Assembly: GCA_964642835.1 (NCBI GenBank)
Contig: CAZXQA010000001.1
Span: 68,219 to 132,218, forward strand
Reading direction: 5' to 3'
DNA from: an uncultured Candidatus Saccharibacteria bacterium
Lineage (GTDB): Bacteria > Patescibacteriota > Minisyncoccia > Phycocordibacterales > Zambryskibacteraceae
Length of the DNA stretch: 64,000 nucleotides
The position numbers were made by a program, and so were the translations under genes. Numbering within the stretch: position 1 is the first letter of the stretch; each line of letters begins with the position of its first letter. The notes beneath the pieces are model-generated. The model worked only from the letters and a program-made list of their open reading frames with translations, did no database searches and had not been told where the DNA came from. This document shows, in pieces, positions 37,861 through 47,524 of this stretch.

Positions 37861-40080
37861 ATGTATTTAAAGAGTATCGAAATCGCGGGGTTTAAGTCCT
37901 TCGCCAAGAAGAACGCCTTTTCTTTCAACACTCCTATTTCGGCCATCGTGGGACCGAACGGTTCAGGGAAGTCGAACGTGGCGGAATCCTTCCGCTTCGT
38001 CTTGGGCGAGCAAAGTATGAAGAGTATGCGTGGGAAGCGCGGCGAGGATCTCATCTGGAGCGGGTCACCCACCGAGCCACGCGGGAATCGAGCGAGCGTT
38101 AAAGTGGTTTTCAACAACGAGCAGCGCATCTTCGACCTCGACTTCCAAGAAGTACTGGTCGAACGCGTTGTTCATCGTGACGGCTTGAACGAGTACTTCA
38201 TTAACGGCTCATCCGTGCGCTTGAAGGATGTGCTCGAACTTCTGGCCAAAGCGCACATCGGCTCTTCCGGACACCACATTATTTCCCAGGGTGAAGCAGA
38301 CAAGATTATTTCCGCCACCCCGAAGGAGCGTAAGGCGATGGTGGAAGACGCCCTCGGTCTCAAGATTTATCAATACAAACGCGCTGAGTCTGAGCGTAAA
38401 CTCAAGAAGACGTTCGAGAATATCGGTCAGGTCGAAGGTTTGCGCAAAGAGATTGCCCCTCATCTTAGATTTCTTAAGAAACAAGTAGAGAAGCTCGAGA
38501 AGACGGAAAGTCTCCGTGCCGAACTTCTCTCGCTCGCGCACGAATATTTGAAGCGCGAGGAAGCCCATCTTACCGACACTAAGCACGCCCTTGAGTCGGA
38601 GCGCGCTCCTATCAAAGAAGCTCTCGCGAAGCTCGAGGAAGAACTCCTAGAGGCCAAAAAGACCCTTGCCGCCGCCGGGCAGAAAGAGAAGAAGGAATAC
38701 CTCATCCTCGAGCTCGAGAAGGGTCTCCACGCCGCTCGCGCCGAGAAGGACGCCCTTTCCCGTGAGTTGGGTAAGGTCGAGGGGCAGATCGAGATTCAGA
38801 GCGCCACGATCCGCCGACAGGAAGAGTTGGCCCGCTCTGACGAACACAAGACCGTGCCGCTGAAGGAGATCGAGGCTTTGTATAAAGAGATCGAAGGGGA
38901 GAAAGATGAACCAGGGATCTTCGCGCGCGTGAAGGCGAAGATCTTTGAGTTTATTAAGAGCCGCCGAGAGAGCGGACACGTAGCGGCCGTGGCTGAGGCC
39001 GCGCAGGCACTTGAGATGCTCCAGACGCAGAAGCTCGCGGCAGAGCAGAAGTTCCATGCCGCGCGTGAGCTCGAAGAGAAACATCGGAAAGATTACGAGG
39101 CTCTCAAGAGCGAAGTGGAGAAGGCCAAGGACTCCGACAACAGCGCGCAGATCGCCGTCTTTCGGATCATGAGCGAGGAGAATGAGCTCCACGCGAAGCT
39201 CAATCTCTTAACAATGCGAGAGGAGCAGCTCCAGGGTGATTCCCAAGCCTTCACGCGCGACGTCGAGGATCTCTCGCGCCTTCTCGGCGCCGAGGTGCTT
39301 CAGTTCCGCTCTCGTTCGCTCGAGGGAAAGGAAGAACGTAGTATCCAACTTGAGCGCAAGCGCACGCTTGAGAAGACGAAGATTCGCTTCGAAGACGCTT
39401 CGATCGCGGGTGGCGAAGAAATGCTCAAAGAGTTCCGGGAAACCTCTGAGCGTGACGAATTCCTTGCTCGCGAGCTCCTCGATCTTGAGAAGTCGGCCGA
39501 GAGCTTGAAGCATCTTATCGCCGACTTAGAAACGCGGCTCGCGACGGAGTTTGCCACCGGGCTTGCCAATATCAATAAAGAATTCGGGGTTCTCTTTACC
39601 AAAGTTTTCGATGGTGGGGAAGCGGAACTCGCTCTGGTGAAGGAAAGTGAGAAGAAGGTTGGAGAAGAGCCTGGCGACATCGAGAACGTCCCTGCTGAGA
39701 CCGAAGACTCAGGCGTATTAAAAGAAGAAGGATTGGAAATTAAGATTTCTCTCCCCCGAAAGAAGGTGAAGAGTCTCATGATGCTCTCGGGCGGCGAGCG
39801 AGCACTTACTTCGATTGCGCTTATCTTCGCGATTTCTGCCGTGAACCCGCCGCCCTTTATTATTCTCGACGAGACGGACGCGGCCCTCGACGAAGCGAAC
39901 TCCAAAAAGTACGGCGATATGATCGAAATTCTCGCCAAGTATTCCCAGCTCATTCTTATTACGCACAATCGCGAGACAATGAGCCGTGCGGGCGTGATCT
40001 ACGGCGTGACGATGGGTGGAAGCGGTATCTCCAAAGTGCTCTCGATCTCCTTTGACGAAGCAAGTGAGGTGGCGAAGTAA
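37861..40080 (+). CDS. smc: SMC-family chromosome segregation ATPase (short, 739 aa)
   Basis: GFKSF, GPNGSGKSN, IISQG, LSGGE, LDETDAALD, ITH; follows rnc. Confidence 0.92.
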   Translation: MYLKSIEIAGFKSFAKKNAFSFNTPISAIVGPNGSGKSNVAESFRFVLGEQSMKSMRGKRGEDLIWSGSPTEPRGNRASVKVVFNNEQRIFDLDFQEVLVERVVHRDGLNEYFINGSSVRLKDVLELLAKAHIGSSGHHIISQGEADKIISATPKERKAMVEDALGLKIYQYKRAESERKLKKTFENIGQVEGLRKEIAPHLRFLKKQVEKLEKTESLRAELLSLAHEYLKREEAHLTDTKHALESERAPIKEALAKLEEELLEAKKTLAAAGQKEKKEYLILELEKGLHAARAEKDALSRELGKVEGQIEIQSATIRRQEELARSDEHKTVPLKEIEALYKEIEGEKDEPGIFARVKAKIFEFIKSRRESGHVAAVAEAAQALEMLQTQKLAAEQKFHAARELEEKHRKDYEALKSEVEKAKDSDNSAQIAVFRIMSEENELHAKLNLLTMREEQLQGDSQAFTRDVEDLSRLLGAEVLQFRSRSLEGKEERSIQLERKRTLEKTKIRFEDASIAGGEEMLKEFRETSERDEFLARELLDLEKSAESLKHLIADLETRLATEFATGLANINKEFGVLFTKVFDGGEAELALVKESEKKVGEEPGDIENVPAETEDSGVLKEEGLEIKISLPRKKVKSLMMLSGGERALTSIALIFAISAVNPPPFIILDETDAALDEANSKKYGDMIEILAKYSQLILITHNRETMSRAGVIYGVTMGGSGISKVLSISFDEASEVAK

Positions 40081-40133
40081 TTTGTAAAAAGGCCGTCGCA
40101 GATGCGACGGCCTTTTCGGCAAAGAACAGGAAT

Positions 40134-40382
40134 TCAGGTGAATTCTGGATCGTCGAATTCTTCGTAGTCTCCATCCAAATCGACGATTTGGTAGAGGGAA
40201 GAAAGAGCGTCAGTTTCCCAAATGTCGGAGAGCGCGCAGAGCCCGGCCAGGAGAAAGATGATGAGAGATAATCCTCCTTCTCCAAATGCGAAGGCGCAAA
40301 TACCACACATGACGATAACGCAAGCCGATCCGAAGATCAAAGAACTTCTGATGGGTGGAATTCCGTTCAAAGAGTTTCTCAT
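40134..40382 (-). CDS. small hypothetical 2-TM protein with acidic tail
   Basis: GAGGTG SD; two hydrophobic segments. Confidence 0.55.
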   Translation of the reverse strand: MRNSLNGIPPIRSSLIFGSACVIVMCGICAFAFGEGGLSLIIFLLAGLCALSDIWETDALSSLYQIVDLDGDYEEFDDPEFT

Positions 40383-40476
40383 GGGGGCACCTCTGGTACC
40401 ACCTTAGCATATGAGTAATAAGTAGCTATGCTTGCATTTCCCGCCATTTCTGGCAGATTGGTAGCGAGAGGTGCGC

Positions 40477-40593
40477 ATGGGTGAGCAGCTTGGACAGATG
40501 ATGGCGGATCCGGTTATCCGGGTCATTGGCGCCATGATCGTGGGCGTTGTGGTTCTGGGGACGTACGTCACCAGGAAGACAAAAAAGAGCTAG
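40477..40593 (+). CDS. 38-aa single-TM small protein (MGEQLGQMMADPVIRVIGAMIVGVVVLGTYVTRKTKKS)
   Basis: Below the ORF-track cutoff; GAGGTG SD, TM followed by Lys-rich tail, hairpin+T-tract at about 40603-40628. Confidence 0.55.
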   Translation: MGEQLGQMMADPVIRVIGAMIVGVVVLGTYVTRKTKKS

Positions 40594-40664
40594 TTTCTGA
40601 GAGTCCCGGGATTTCCCGGGACCTTTTTATAAAAACCACCGGCGCAATAAGCGCCGGTGTAAGG

Positions 40665-41012
40665 TCAGATTTCTCGAAAGGAGCTGATTCGGACTTGAAT
40701 CCGAGCCTTGGGATGGAGAAGAGCTGTCGCTGTTTCTCGGAAGATCTCGTGGGTGTAAGTCGAGAGAAGACGGGCGAATGAGCTCGCAACTTCTTTCGGC
40801 GTGAACTCGGACACTTTGATTTCAATGTCGATTTCATCGCCGACCCCTTTGACCATCCGGTCGTGGGGGAAGAGAACGATCAGGTCATTCTCATCCAACA
40901 CGTTCATTTCGCTGATGGACCTTGCTGCTGCCAGAATCTTGTAGAAGTAATGCTCGAGTTCTGCTTCTCCCCATTCAAGCGGCAACAACGAGACTGTGAT
41001 AACAGGTTTCAG
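40665..41012 (-). CDS. hypothetical protein, probable CTG start (MKPVITVSLLP...)
   Basis: Frame of ORF 40665-40988 extends to CTG at 41012, 7 nt after GGAGGG. Confidence 0.55.
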   Translation of the reverse strand: MKPVITVSLLPLEWGEAELEHYFYKILAAARSISEMNVLDENDLIVLFPHDRMVKGVGDEIDIEIKVSEFTPKEVASSFARLLSTYTHEIFRETATALLHPKARIQVRISSFREI

Positions 41013-41063
41013 ATTAATACCCTCCGTATTTAATAATGCTACTTTATATAAGTAGTGTCAAGT

Positions 41064-42992
41064 TTATATAAATGCGAAATCGAGGACCTTCTTTTCGAAG
41101 TCGGCGCTTACGAGCTTCACGCGAACCTTGTCGCCGAGTGAGTACTTCTTGCCAGTCGACTTACCGACGATGGCGTAGAGCTTCTCATTGAGTTCATAGA
41201 AGTCGTCCTTCATGTCGCGGAGCTTCACCATGCCTTCGGCCTTTGTATTCACCTCCTCGACATAGACGCCCCATTCGGAAACACCGGAGACGGTCGCGTC
41301 GAACTCTTCACCTACGCGCGTCGACATGTATTCCACCTGCTTGTATTTGATAGAGGCGCGCTCAGCTTCGGCAGCTTCGATTTCGCGTTCGGTTGAGGCG
41401 TCGCAGAGACGCTGGTACTTGAGAATTTCATCTTGCTCGACGGCACCCTGAGTGAGGAAGCGATAGAGGAGACGGTGCACCATGAGGTCGGGGTAGCGGC
41501 GAATCGGCGAGGTGAAGTGAGTATAGAACTCGAAGCCTAGGCCGAAGTGGCCGATGTTCATGGTGGAGTAGACGGCCTTGGACATGGCGCGGACGGCTGC
41601 GGTCTTAATGAGCGCTTCGGCGGGAGTGCCGGTGACGGATTTGAGCATCTCGGCAATGTCGGTCGCCTTGGTCTCGCCATGTTTGTTCTTGAGTTCGAAG
41701 CCCAAGGCCTTGACGAAGGTGGCGAGGTTCACGATCTTGTCGCGATCCGGCGCTTCGTGGATACGATAGACGAAGGCACTTCTCGTGTTCTTGCCGGTAT
41801 GAGCGTGCATGTATGTCGCCACTTCGCGGTTGGCGAGGAGCATGAAGTCCTCGACGAGCTTATGGATATCCTTGCGCTCCTTTTTGTAGACGCGGATGGG
41901 CTTGCCGTCCGAGTCGAGCTCGAACTTCACCTCATCGGATTCAAAGTCGATTGCGCCGTTCTTGAACTTCTCGACGCGCAGTTTCTTCGCGAGGGTGTCG
42001 AGGGTCTTTAACTCATCATAAAATTCGCCCGCGCCCGCGTCCAAGATATCTTGAGCATCTTCGTAGACGAAGCGCCTATCGGAGTTGATAAGAGTCTTGC
42101 CAAACCAACGCTCTTTGACCACGGCATCCTTGTCCATGGTGAACACGGCCGAGAAGGCGTACTTGTCTTCGTGTGGGTTGAGCGAGCAGAGGTCGTTCGA
42201 GAGCACTTCCGGCAGCATGGGGATAGTGCGGTCAACGAGGTAGATCGAGGTGCCGCGTTCGCGCGCTTCCTTGTCGAGCTCGGTGCCAGGGACCACAAAG
42301 TGAGAGACGTCAGCAATATGAACGCCGACCTCGTAGTCACCATTCTCGAGCTTCTTAAGCGAAATAGCGTCGTCGAAGTCCTTGGCGTCTAAGGGGTCGA
42401 TGGTGAAGGTGGTGGTAGCGCGGAAGTCCTTGCGGCCGTTCGCCAGGTGGTCTTCGTGTTCGAACTTCTGTTTCCAAGCAGCGGCTTCGGCATCGACGGC
42501 GGCCGGGAAGCCAACTTCAAATCCAGAATCATAGACGATAGCTTCCATCTCCGCGTTGTGTTCGCCCGCGCGACCGATGATGCGCACGAGTTTACCTCTC
42601 GGACTCTTGGCAGCGTCAGGCCATTCGGTGATCTGGGCCTGGACTTTATCGCCCGTTTTGGCGCCCGGGGCTTCCGCGAGGAAGATGTCTCGGTACATGC
42701 GCTTGTCGTCCGGGATGAGGAAGAAGCCTGAGCCAGCTTCCTCAAGCTTGCCGACGAAGTCCATCTTGCGGCGCTCGATAATCTCGGCTACTTTGGCGAG
42801 CTTCCTGCCGTACGGAGAGACGCGTTTGAGGTCCTCGACGCGGACCGTGTCCTTGTTGAGGGCGGTGTTCACGTATTCCGCGGGGATCTCGAAGTCTTCA
42901 TCCGAGTCAGGCATGGGGAAGTAGCCGACACCTTTGCCAGTGACGCGGATTGTGCCGATATAGGGGTTTTCGTTTTCTTGAATCATGTTCAT
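41064..42992 (-). CDS. rnr: ribonuclease R
   Basis: TIDPLDAKDFDDA, VHIADVS, FMLLAN, HFTSPIRRYPD, C-terminal S1; the ORF-track N-terminal extension is tRNA sequence. Confidence 0.95.
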   Translation of the reverse strand: MNMIQENENPYIGTIRVTGKGVGYFPMPDSDEDFEIPAEYVNTALNKDTVRVEDLKRVSPYGRKLAKVAEIIERRKMDFVGKLEEAGSGFFLIPDDKRMYRDIFLAEAPGAKTGDKVQAQITEWPDAAKSPRGKLVRIIGRAGEHNAEMEAIVYDSGFEVGFPAAVDAEAAAWKQKFEHEDHLANGRKDFRATTTFTIDPLDAKDFDDAISLKKLENGDYEVGVHIADVSHFVVPGTELDKEARERGTSIYLVDRTIPMLPEVLSNDLCSLNPHEDKYAFSAVFTMDKDAVVKERWFGKTLINSDRRFVYEDAQDILDAGAGEFYDELKTLDTLAKKLRVEKFKNGAIDFESDEVKFELDSDGKPIRVYKKERKDIHKLVEDFMLLANREVATYMHAHTGKNTRSAFVYRIHEAPDRDKIVNLATFVKALGFELKNKHGETKATDIAEMLKSVTGTPAEALIKTAAVRAMSKAVYSTMNIGHFGLGFEFYTHFTSPIRRYPDLMVHRLLYRFLTQGAVEQDEILKYQRLCDASTEREIEAAEAERASIKYKQVEYMSTRVGEEFDATVSGVSEWGVYVEEVNTKAEGMVKLRDMKDDFYELNEKLYAIVGKSTGKKYSLGDKVRVKLVSADFEKKVLDFAFI

Positions 42993-42994
42993 AG

Positions 42995-43078
42995 TGCCCG
43001 GGGTGGGACTCGAACCCACATGACCTTGCGGTCGGGAAATTTTAAGTCTCCTGCGGCTACCAATTACGCCACCCGGGC
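42995..43078 (-). tRNA. tRNA-Leu(TAA)
   Basis: GCCCGGG acceptor, CT-TAA-AA loop, long variable arm, GTTCGAG; CCA not encoded. Confidence 0.93.
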
Positions 43079-43110
43079 GAATGCTGCCAAAAAAGCACGT
43101 CATGCTTTCT

Positions 43111-43186
43111 TGGAGGCGCAGAGGGGAATTGAACCCCTGCAATAACGGTTTTGCAGACCGTCGCGTTACCACTTCGCCACTGCGCC
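43111..43186 (-). tRNA. tRNA-Cys(GCA)
   Basis: GGCGCAG/CTGCGCC, CT-GCA-AA loop, U73, CCA encoded. Confidence 0.95.
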
Positions 43187-43249
43187 GTTGCGTACTACTT
43201 TAGCATAATTGATTATTCCTTGCTTTTTTGGAATACTGTATCCCTGTAC

Positions 43250-43322
43250 GCGTCCATAGCTCAGCTGGTAGAGCAGGTCCCTCTTAAGGACAAGGTCGAA
43301 GGTTCGATCCCTTCTGGACGCA
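43250..43322 (+). tRNA. tRNA-Lys(CTT)
   Basis: GCGTCCA/TGGACGC, TAGCTCAGCTGGTAGAGC, CT-CTT-AA, GGTTCGATCCC. Confidence 0.93.
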
Positions 43323-43379
43323 CAGGGTATGAGAAAAGGGCCGGCAAGACGATGAGTCTTGCCGGCCCTTTGCGTGGCC

Positions 43380-43925
43380 TTACCGGAATCGCGAGGCGCA
43401 GAAGGCCCGGCAGTCCGTGTATACCTCCTCTTCACTGCGCGCACCATCAACTTGAAGGAAGCGATACGAGCGCCTCAAGATGGGCATGACCTCGGCAGCG
43501 TAGAGATTGTACTCTCTCAGACGCTCTTCGAGAGCCGCATCATCCATGCGTGGCCCCCGGCTAGTTTGCGCGACCTTGTTCCGGCGCGCCTCGATCTCCT
43601 TCTTCTTGAGATCGAGTTTGATGGCCAGGGCTTCAACGGTTGGGTCTAGTTTGTCGGCGACCCAGCTGAGTTGTGTCGCGGAGCGAGGGGTATTCAAAAC
43701 CAGCTCACTTGATTTCAGATGCTTCTTGAACAACTCGATCATCATCTGGTCCGGAGCCAGCTTACCTCCTTGGGTCAAGGTTCTGAACTTGGGCACGTGG
43801 GCTTCGAGAAGCCCGCTAGTGCTCACGTGCTCGAGGTTGAAGTCGGCGGCCAATCGTTTGCCGACCGTGTCTTTCCCCGAGAAGGGTGGCCCAAAGACTA
43901 CGACGATTTTCTTGATGAATCTCAC
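43380..43925 (-). CDS. adenylate kinase-like nucleoside monophosphate kinase
   Basis: FGPPFSGKDT P-loop, HVSTSGLL, GG.LAPD, PRS..Q, R.DD. Confidence 0.8.
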   Translation of the reverse strand: MRFIKKIVVVFGPPFSGKDTVGKRLAADFNLEHVSTSGLLEAHVPKFRTLTQGGKLAPDQMMIELFKKHLKSSELVLNTPRSATQLSWVADKLDPTVEALAIKLDLKKKEIEARRNKVAQTSRGPRMDDAALEERLREYNLYAAEVMPILRRSYRFLQVDGARSEEEVYTDCRAFCASRFR

Positions 43926-43994
43926 TATTTATCCTCCTAGAAAGATCTTGCCAGAGGACATCCTAGCAGAAAAAAGTTACTATGGCAGGTGTAT

Positions 43995-44078
43995 GGGCGG
44001 GTGGCGAAATTGGCAGACGCGCCAGCCTTAGGAGCTGGTCCTCGCAAGAGGGTGGAGGTTCAAGTCCTCTCCCGCCCA
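43995..44078 (+). tRNA. tRNA-Leu(TAG)
   Basis: GGGCGGG/CCCGCCC, CT-TAG-GA loop, long variable arm. Confidence 0.93.
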
Positions 44079-44109
44079 CTAGGGTTCTGTTTGGTGATAC
44101 AATCTTTAC

Positions 44110-44727
44110 ATGTCTCACAGTAGATTAGATCAGCTCTCCGACGGTATTTTCGCCATCGTGATGACAGTGCTTGTGTTCGAAATCCGTCTTCCGGAAATTG
44201 GCATGGCGCCGAGCAATTTTGAACTCGGTGTCGCCTTGAAGAGTCTGACCCCCGCGCTGCTCTCTTACCTCCTTTCCTTCGCGCTCCTCTTTACCTACTG
44301 GCGCGCGCATCACTTCTTTGTTTCGGTATACGCGAAGAACGTGGATCTCATGCTCACGAACATTAATGCGCTCTTCTTCATGCTCGTGTCGCTCGTGCCC
44401 TTCTCGGCGAGTTTGCTCGGTCGGTATTATCACAACAGACTCTCCGTGGTCGTCTTTGGTATTCATATTATTCTTATCGGCCTCACCCTCTTCTGGATGC
44501 GCGGATATGTCTTCTACTCTGATCACATTAAGAATCCCGAAATTAGCCATCGAGAGATTCGCGGCTCTACCATCCGCACGATGGTGCCGGTCATTTTCGC
44601 GGTGATCGCCATTTGGATCTCTTCGAGAAACATCGACATCTCTCTCGCCGTCTTTACCTTGGCTGTCCTCTTCAACCTTTCCTCGGCGAGCGCGCGGATG
44701 TTTGATAAAATATTCAGGCTTTCCTAA
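44110..44727 (+). CDS. TMEM175-family potassium channel
   Basis: SRLDQLSDGIFAIVMT (RxxxFSD-like), YLLSF, YWRAHH, LVPF. Confidence 0.88.
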   Translation: MSHSRLDQLSDGIFAIVMTVLVFEIRLPEIGMAPSNFELGVALKSLTPALLSYLLSFALLFTYWRAHHFFVSVYAKNVDLMLTNINALFFMLVSLVPFSASLLGRYYHNRLSVVVFGIHIILIGLTLFWMRGYVFYSDHIKNPEISHREIRGSTIRTMVPVIFAVIAIWISSRNIDISLAVFTLAVLFNLSSASARMFDKIFRLS

Positions 44728-44759
44728 GGGGAATAAAGTGCTGTACCATACAGGCTCGA

Positions 44760-44830
44760 GCGGCCATAGTTTAGTGGCAAAATGAGTGCTTCCCAAGCAT
44801 TAGATGGGAGTTCGATTCTCCCTGGCCGCA
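44760..44830 (+). tRNA. tRNA-Gly(CCC), A73 discriminator
   Basis: GCGGCCA/TGGCCGC, TT-CCC-AA loop, GTTCGATTC. Confidence 0.9.
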
Positions 44831-44840
44831 CCGAAATGTT

Positions 44841-46394
44841 ATGAAAAGAGAGAAATTATTTTTCTTGAGTTTCGCTCTTCTCACCCTTCTTATCTACGGC
44901 CAATCGCTCTGGGGCACGTTTGTCTACGACGACCGGGGGATTCTTGAGCACCAGGAGCTTCTCGGTAAGGCCGAAAACTTGTTTAACGTGGCGGCCTACC
45001 CGTACTGGACCGAAGACGCGGGGTTGTATCGCCCCATCTCTCTCTTGAGTTACTGGGCGAACATCATGCTTCTCGGTGAGGGGGCGTGGGGATTCCATCT
45101 CGTCAATCTCCTCCTCTACATCGGGATTTGTTTCCTTTTGTATCTTCTCCTAAAGAATCTTTTCAAAGATGAGGGAATAGCTTTTCTCTCGGCGTTAATA
45201 TTTCTTATCCTGCCGATTCATACGGAGGTGGTGGCGAATATTACCGGAAGGCTCGAGCTCCTGGCTCTTTTCTTCTCACTCCTTACTCTCCGCGAGGCCA
45301 CTCAGGAGAATCCACGCTTCTGGCTCTCGGCACTCTGGATGTTTCTGGCTATTGGCTCGAAGGAAACGGCCATCGCCACCCTGCCGCTTTTGGGACTTAT
45401 CTTCCTCATGCGGAAGCAGAGAGTGATAAACGAAGCGACTCTCGGGGCTGGGTTTGGCGTGCTCGTATATCTTCTCCTGCGCTTCCTCGTTTTAGGGCCG
45501 GTACATTTCCTCGGGGTAGAGACGTCGCTTATCGAGAATCCACTTCTCTTTGCTTCCGCGCATGATCGCGTGGCGACGGCTCTCTCTATTCTCTGGATGT
45601 ATGTATCGAAGACCTTCTGGCCCGCGTCACTGTGTTCGGATTACTCCTTTAATCAGCTTCCGATCATCACGAGTTTCTGGCATGTCCGGGTACTTCTCGG
45701 ACTCGGTGTCCTCGGAGGAGGCGCGGCGGCAATATGGGTGTTCTGGCGACGCCGCGCTCCTCTGGCTCTCGCGGCCGGGTTCGTGTTCTTTGGTTTTGTG
45801 GTCGTCTCTAATATTCCGTTTCCGATTGGCACCATTGCTGGCGAGCGCCTCTTCTTTTTTGCATCGGTGGGAGTGGCAGTGCTGGTGGCGTACATATTTA
45901 ATCTCTACCTCGCCCCCTTGATAAGAGAGCAGAAAAGCATGCTTTTCTGGGGGATTTTGCTCCTCATCTATGTCGTTCTTTCCTTCCAGCGACAGGGCGT
46001 CTGGATGAGCGAAGAGAAACTCTTTACCAACGCAGGGGCCTGCGCGCCGCATAGCGTCCTTTCTCTTTCAAATCTTGGTACTGTGTACTACTTCCGCGGC
46101 GAGTACGCGATGGCGGAAAAGTATTTGCTCGAATCCAAGGCGATCCAGCCGATCTACTCCAAGGGGTTAAATAATTTAGGGCTCGTGTATTGGAAGCAAG
46201 GACGCTTGGAAGAGGCGGCGGATCTCTATCATCAAGCTCTATTGCAAAAGTATCCGTACCCTGGTGCTATCGAGAATTTACAAATTCTTTATTTGAGTAG
46301 CGGGAAGTACGACAAGGCGCGGGGCTGGCTTAATTTTACATATACTCCTGAAATAACTGAAGCTCTTATTGAACAAGCCAAACGTCTGAATTGA
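44841..46394 (+). CDS. TMTC-like GT-C glycosyltransferase with C-terminal TPRs
   Basis: FVYDD, LYRP, HTEVVANITGR, SKETA, LCSDYS, GERLFF; TPRs (NLG.VY). Confidence 0.8.
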   Translation: MKREKLFFLSFALLTLLIYGQSLWGTFVYDDRGILEHQELLGKAENLFNVAAYPYWTEDAGLYRPISLLSYWANIMLLGEGAWGFHLVNLLLYIGICFLLYLLLKNLFKDEGIAFLSALIFLILPIHTEVVANITGRLELLALFFSLLTLREATQENPRFWLSALWMFLAIGSKETAIATLPLLGLIFLMRKQRVINEATLGAGFGVLVYLLLRFLVLGPVHFLGVETSLIENPLLFASAHDRVATALSILWMYVSKTFWPASLCSDYSFNQLPIITSFWHVRVLLGLGVLGGGAAAIWVFWRRRAPLALAAGFVFFGFVVVSNIPFPIGTIAGERLFFFASVGVAVLVAYIFNLYLAPLIREQKSMLFWGILLLIYVVLSFQRQGVWMSEEKLFTNAGACAPHSVLSLSNLGTVYYFRGEYAMAEKYLLESKAIQPIYSKGLNNLGLVYWKQGRLEEAADLYHQALLQKYPYPGAIENLQILYLSSGKYDKARGWLNFTYTPEITEALIEQAKRLN

Positions 46395-46468
46395 CGAATT
46401 GAGTACTGGGGCGTAGGGTGGTGCCAGACTAAGTATTCTGGTGAGTTTCAACACAAAAGGGAGAAGTC

Positions 46469-47158
46469 ATGATTCAAGTTGGATTTGTTGCTTTCCTGAT
46501 CGCTGTCTTTCTTCTCGTCTTTATGTTTTTCGTGAAAAAGTACTCGAGACGGGAAATGCTCATCATTCCACACGAGGTGATCTCTACTGGGTTTCTTCGG
46601 GCCATGTGTGCCACTGCAGCATTATTTGTCGTAGGTGTGACCATCTACGAGTTCCCGCCATTCTCTCTTATGGAAGAGCCGACCCAGGTAGTAAAGAACA
46701 ATTCGCAGCTCGTCGCCTTTGAAGACGGCAGGGTTGTTCGTAAGACTTGGGGCCTCTGGACGATCCCGGGTACTGGGCGAGCGTGGGCACATATTGAAAT
46801 GTGTCACTCACTTGGCCAGACGAAAGGGGCGTGGCATGGCAATCTCGCGGATCCTCAAGAAGTGTATGTGTTCCGCGATATAAGCGGTGCGCTCTTCCAG
46901 CGTAAGAGTGAAGTCACGCTCTGCATCAATTCGCTCGAGACTTTCTTTGCTGATGAGAAACGACGGCGGAATAATTCTCCTGAGATAGAGGCGGCATGGC
47001 TTGAGGCCGACGCCCTAGCGGCTAAGGTCTTACTCGTGGATGCTCCAGGCTTGGAGGCGCGCTATCGAACGTATGAAGCCGCGCTGAATGCGGAAGTGGG
47101 TAAGCGCGGGTTCTCTTTAAGCTTCAGCAGTTTTCAGGAAATGGTTTCTGACTGGTAG
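46469..47158 (+). CDS. hypothetical membrane protein
   Basis: GGGAG SD, two TM segments, own TTGACG promoter. Confidence 0.6.
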   Translation: MIQVGFVAFLIAVFLLVFMFFVKKYSRREMLIIPHEVISTGFLRAMCATAALFVVGVTIYEFPPFSLMEEPTQVVKNNSQLVAFEDGRVVRKTWGLWTIPGTGRAWAHIEMCHSLGQTKGAWHGNLADPQEVYVFRDISGALFQRKSEVTLCINSLETFFADEKRRRNNSPEIEAAWLEADALAAKVLLVDAPGLEARYRTYEAALNAEVGKRGFSLSFSSFQEMVSDW

Positions 47159-47203
47159 TAATACGCTCCGCTCGGGTCTTGGCCCGAGCGGAGTCTTCTG
47201 TAT

Positions 47204-47524
47204 TTAGAGAGGTAGTGTGTCGAGGTGCTGACGGTTTCGTTCTCCGTAGTCTATTTTAAAGTCGATGTGGGGGACGATCATGATGCGGGATTCGTCGCGG
47301 ACATAGCGTTTGAATTCATTCGTCTTGCGTTCGAGAAATTTAAGAGCGGTGTCCTCCTGGCTCTCGGGGAGGGTCGTAAAGAAGACCTTGGCTTCCTTGC
47401 CAGTCGGAGACATGGTGACGCGAGTGACGGTGAGGAGAGAAGCCGGAGAAGCTTCGTCACGGATAAATTGCGCCGCTAAGCGGTGGATCATTTCGCTAAT
47501 GATTTCGCGTTTCTTTTCCTGCAT
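47204..47524 (-). CDS. rbfA: ribosome-binding factor A
   Basis: LLTVTRV.MSP...AKVF, VPHIDFKID; directly after infB. Confidence 0.9.
   Translation of the reverse strand: MQEKKREIISEMIHRLAAQFIRDEASPASLLTVTRVTMSPTGKEAKVFFTTLPESQEDTALKFLERKTNEFKRYVRDESRIMIVPHIDFKIDYGERNRQHLDTLPL

Noticed and set aside
42993-43172. N-terminal extension of RNase R in the ORF track (likewise miaA 60437-60526 and dedA 58972-59031)
   Set aside because: These extensions are translations of tRNA genes.
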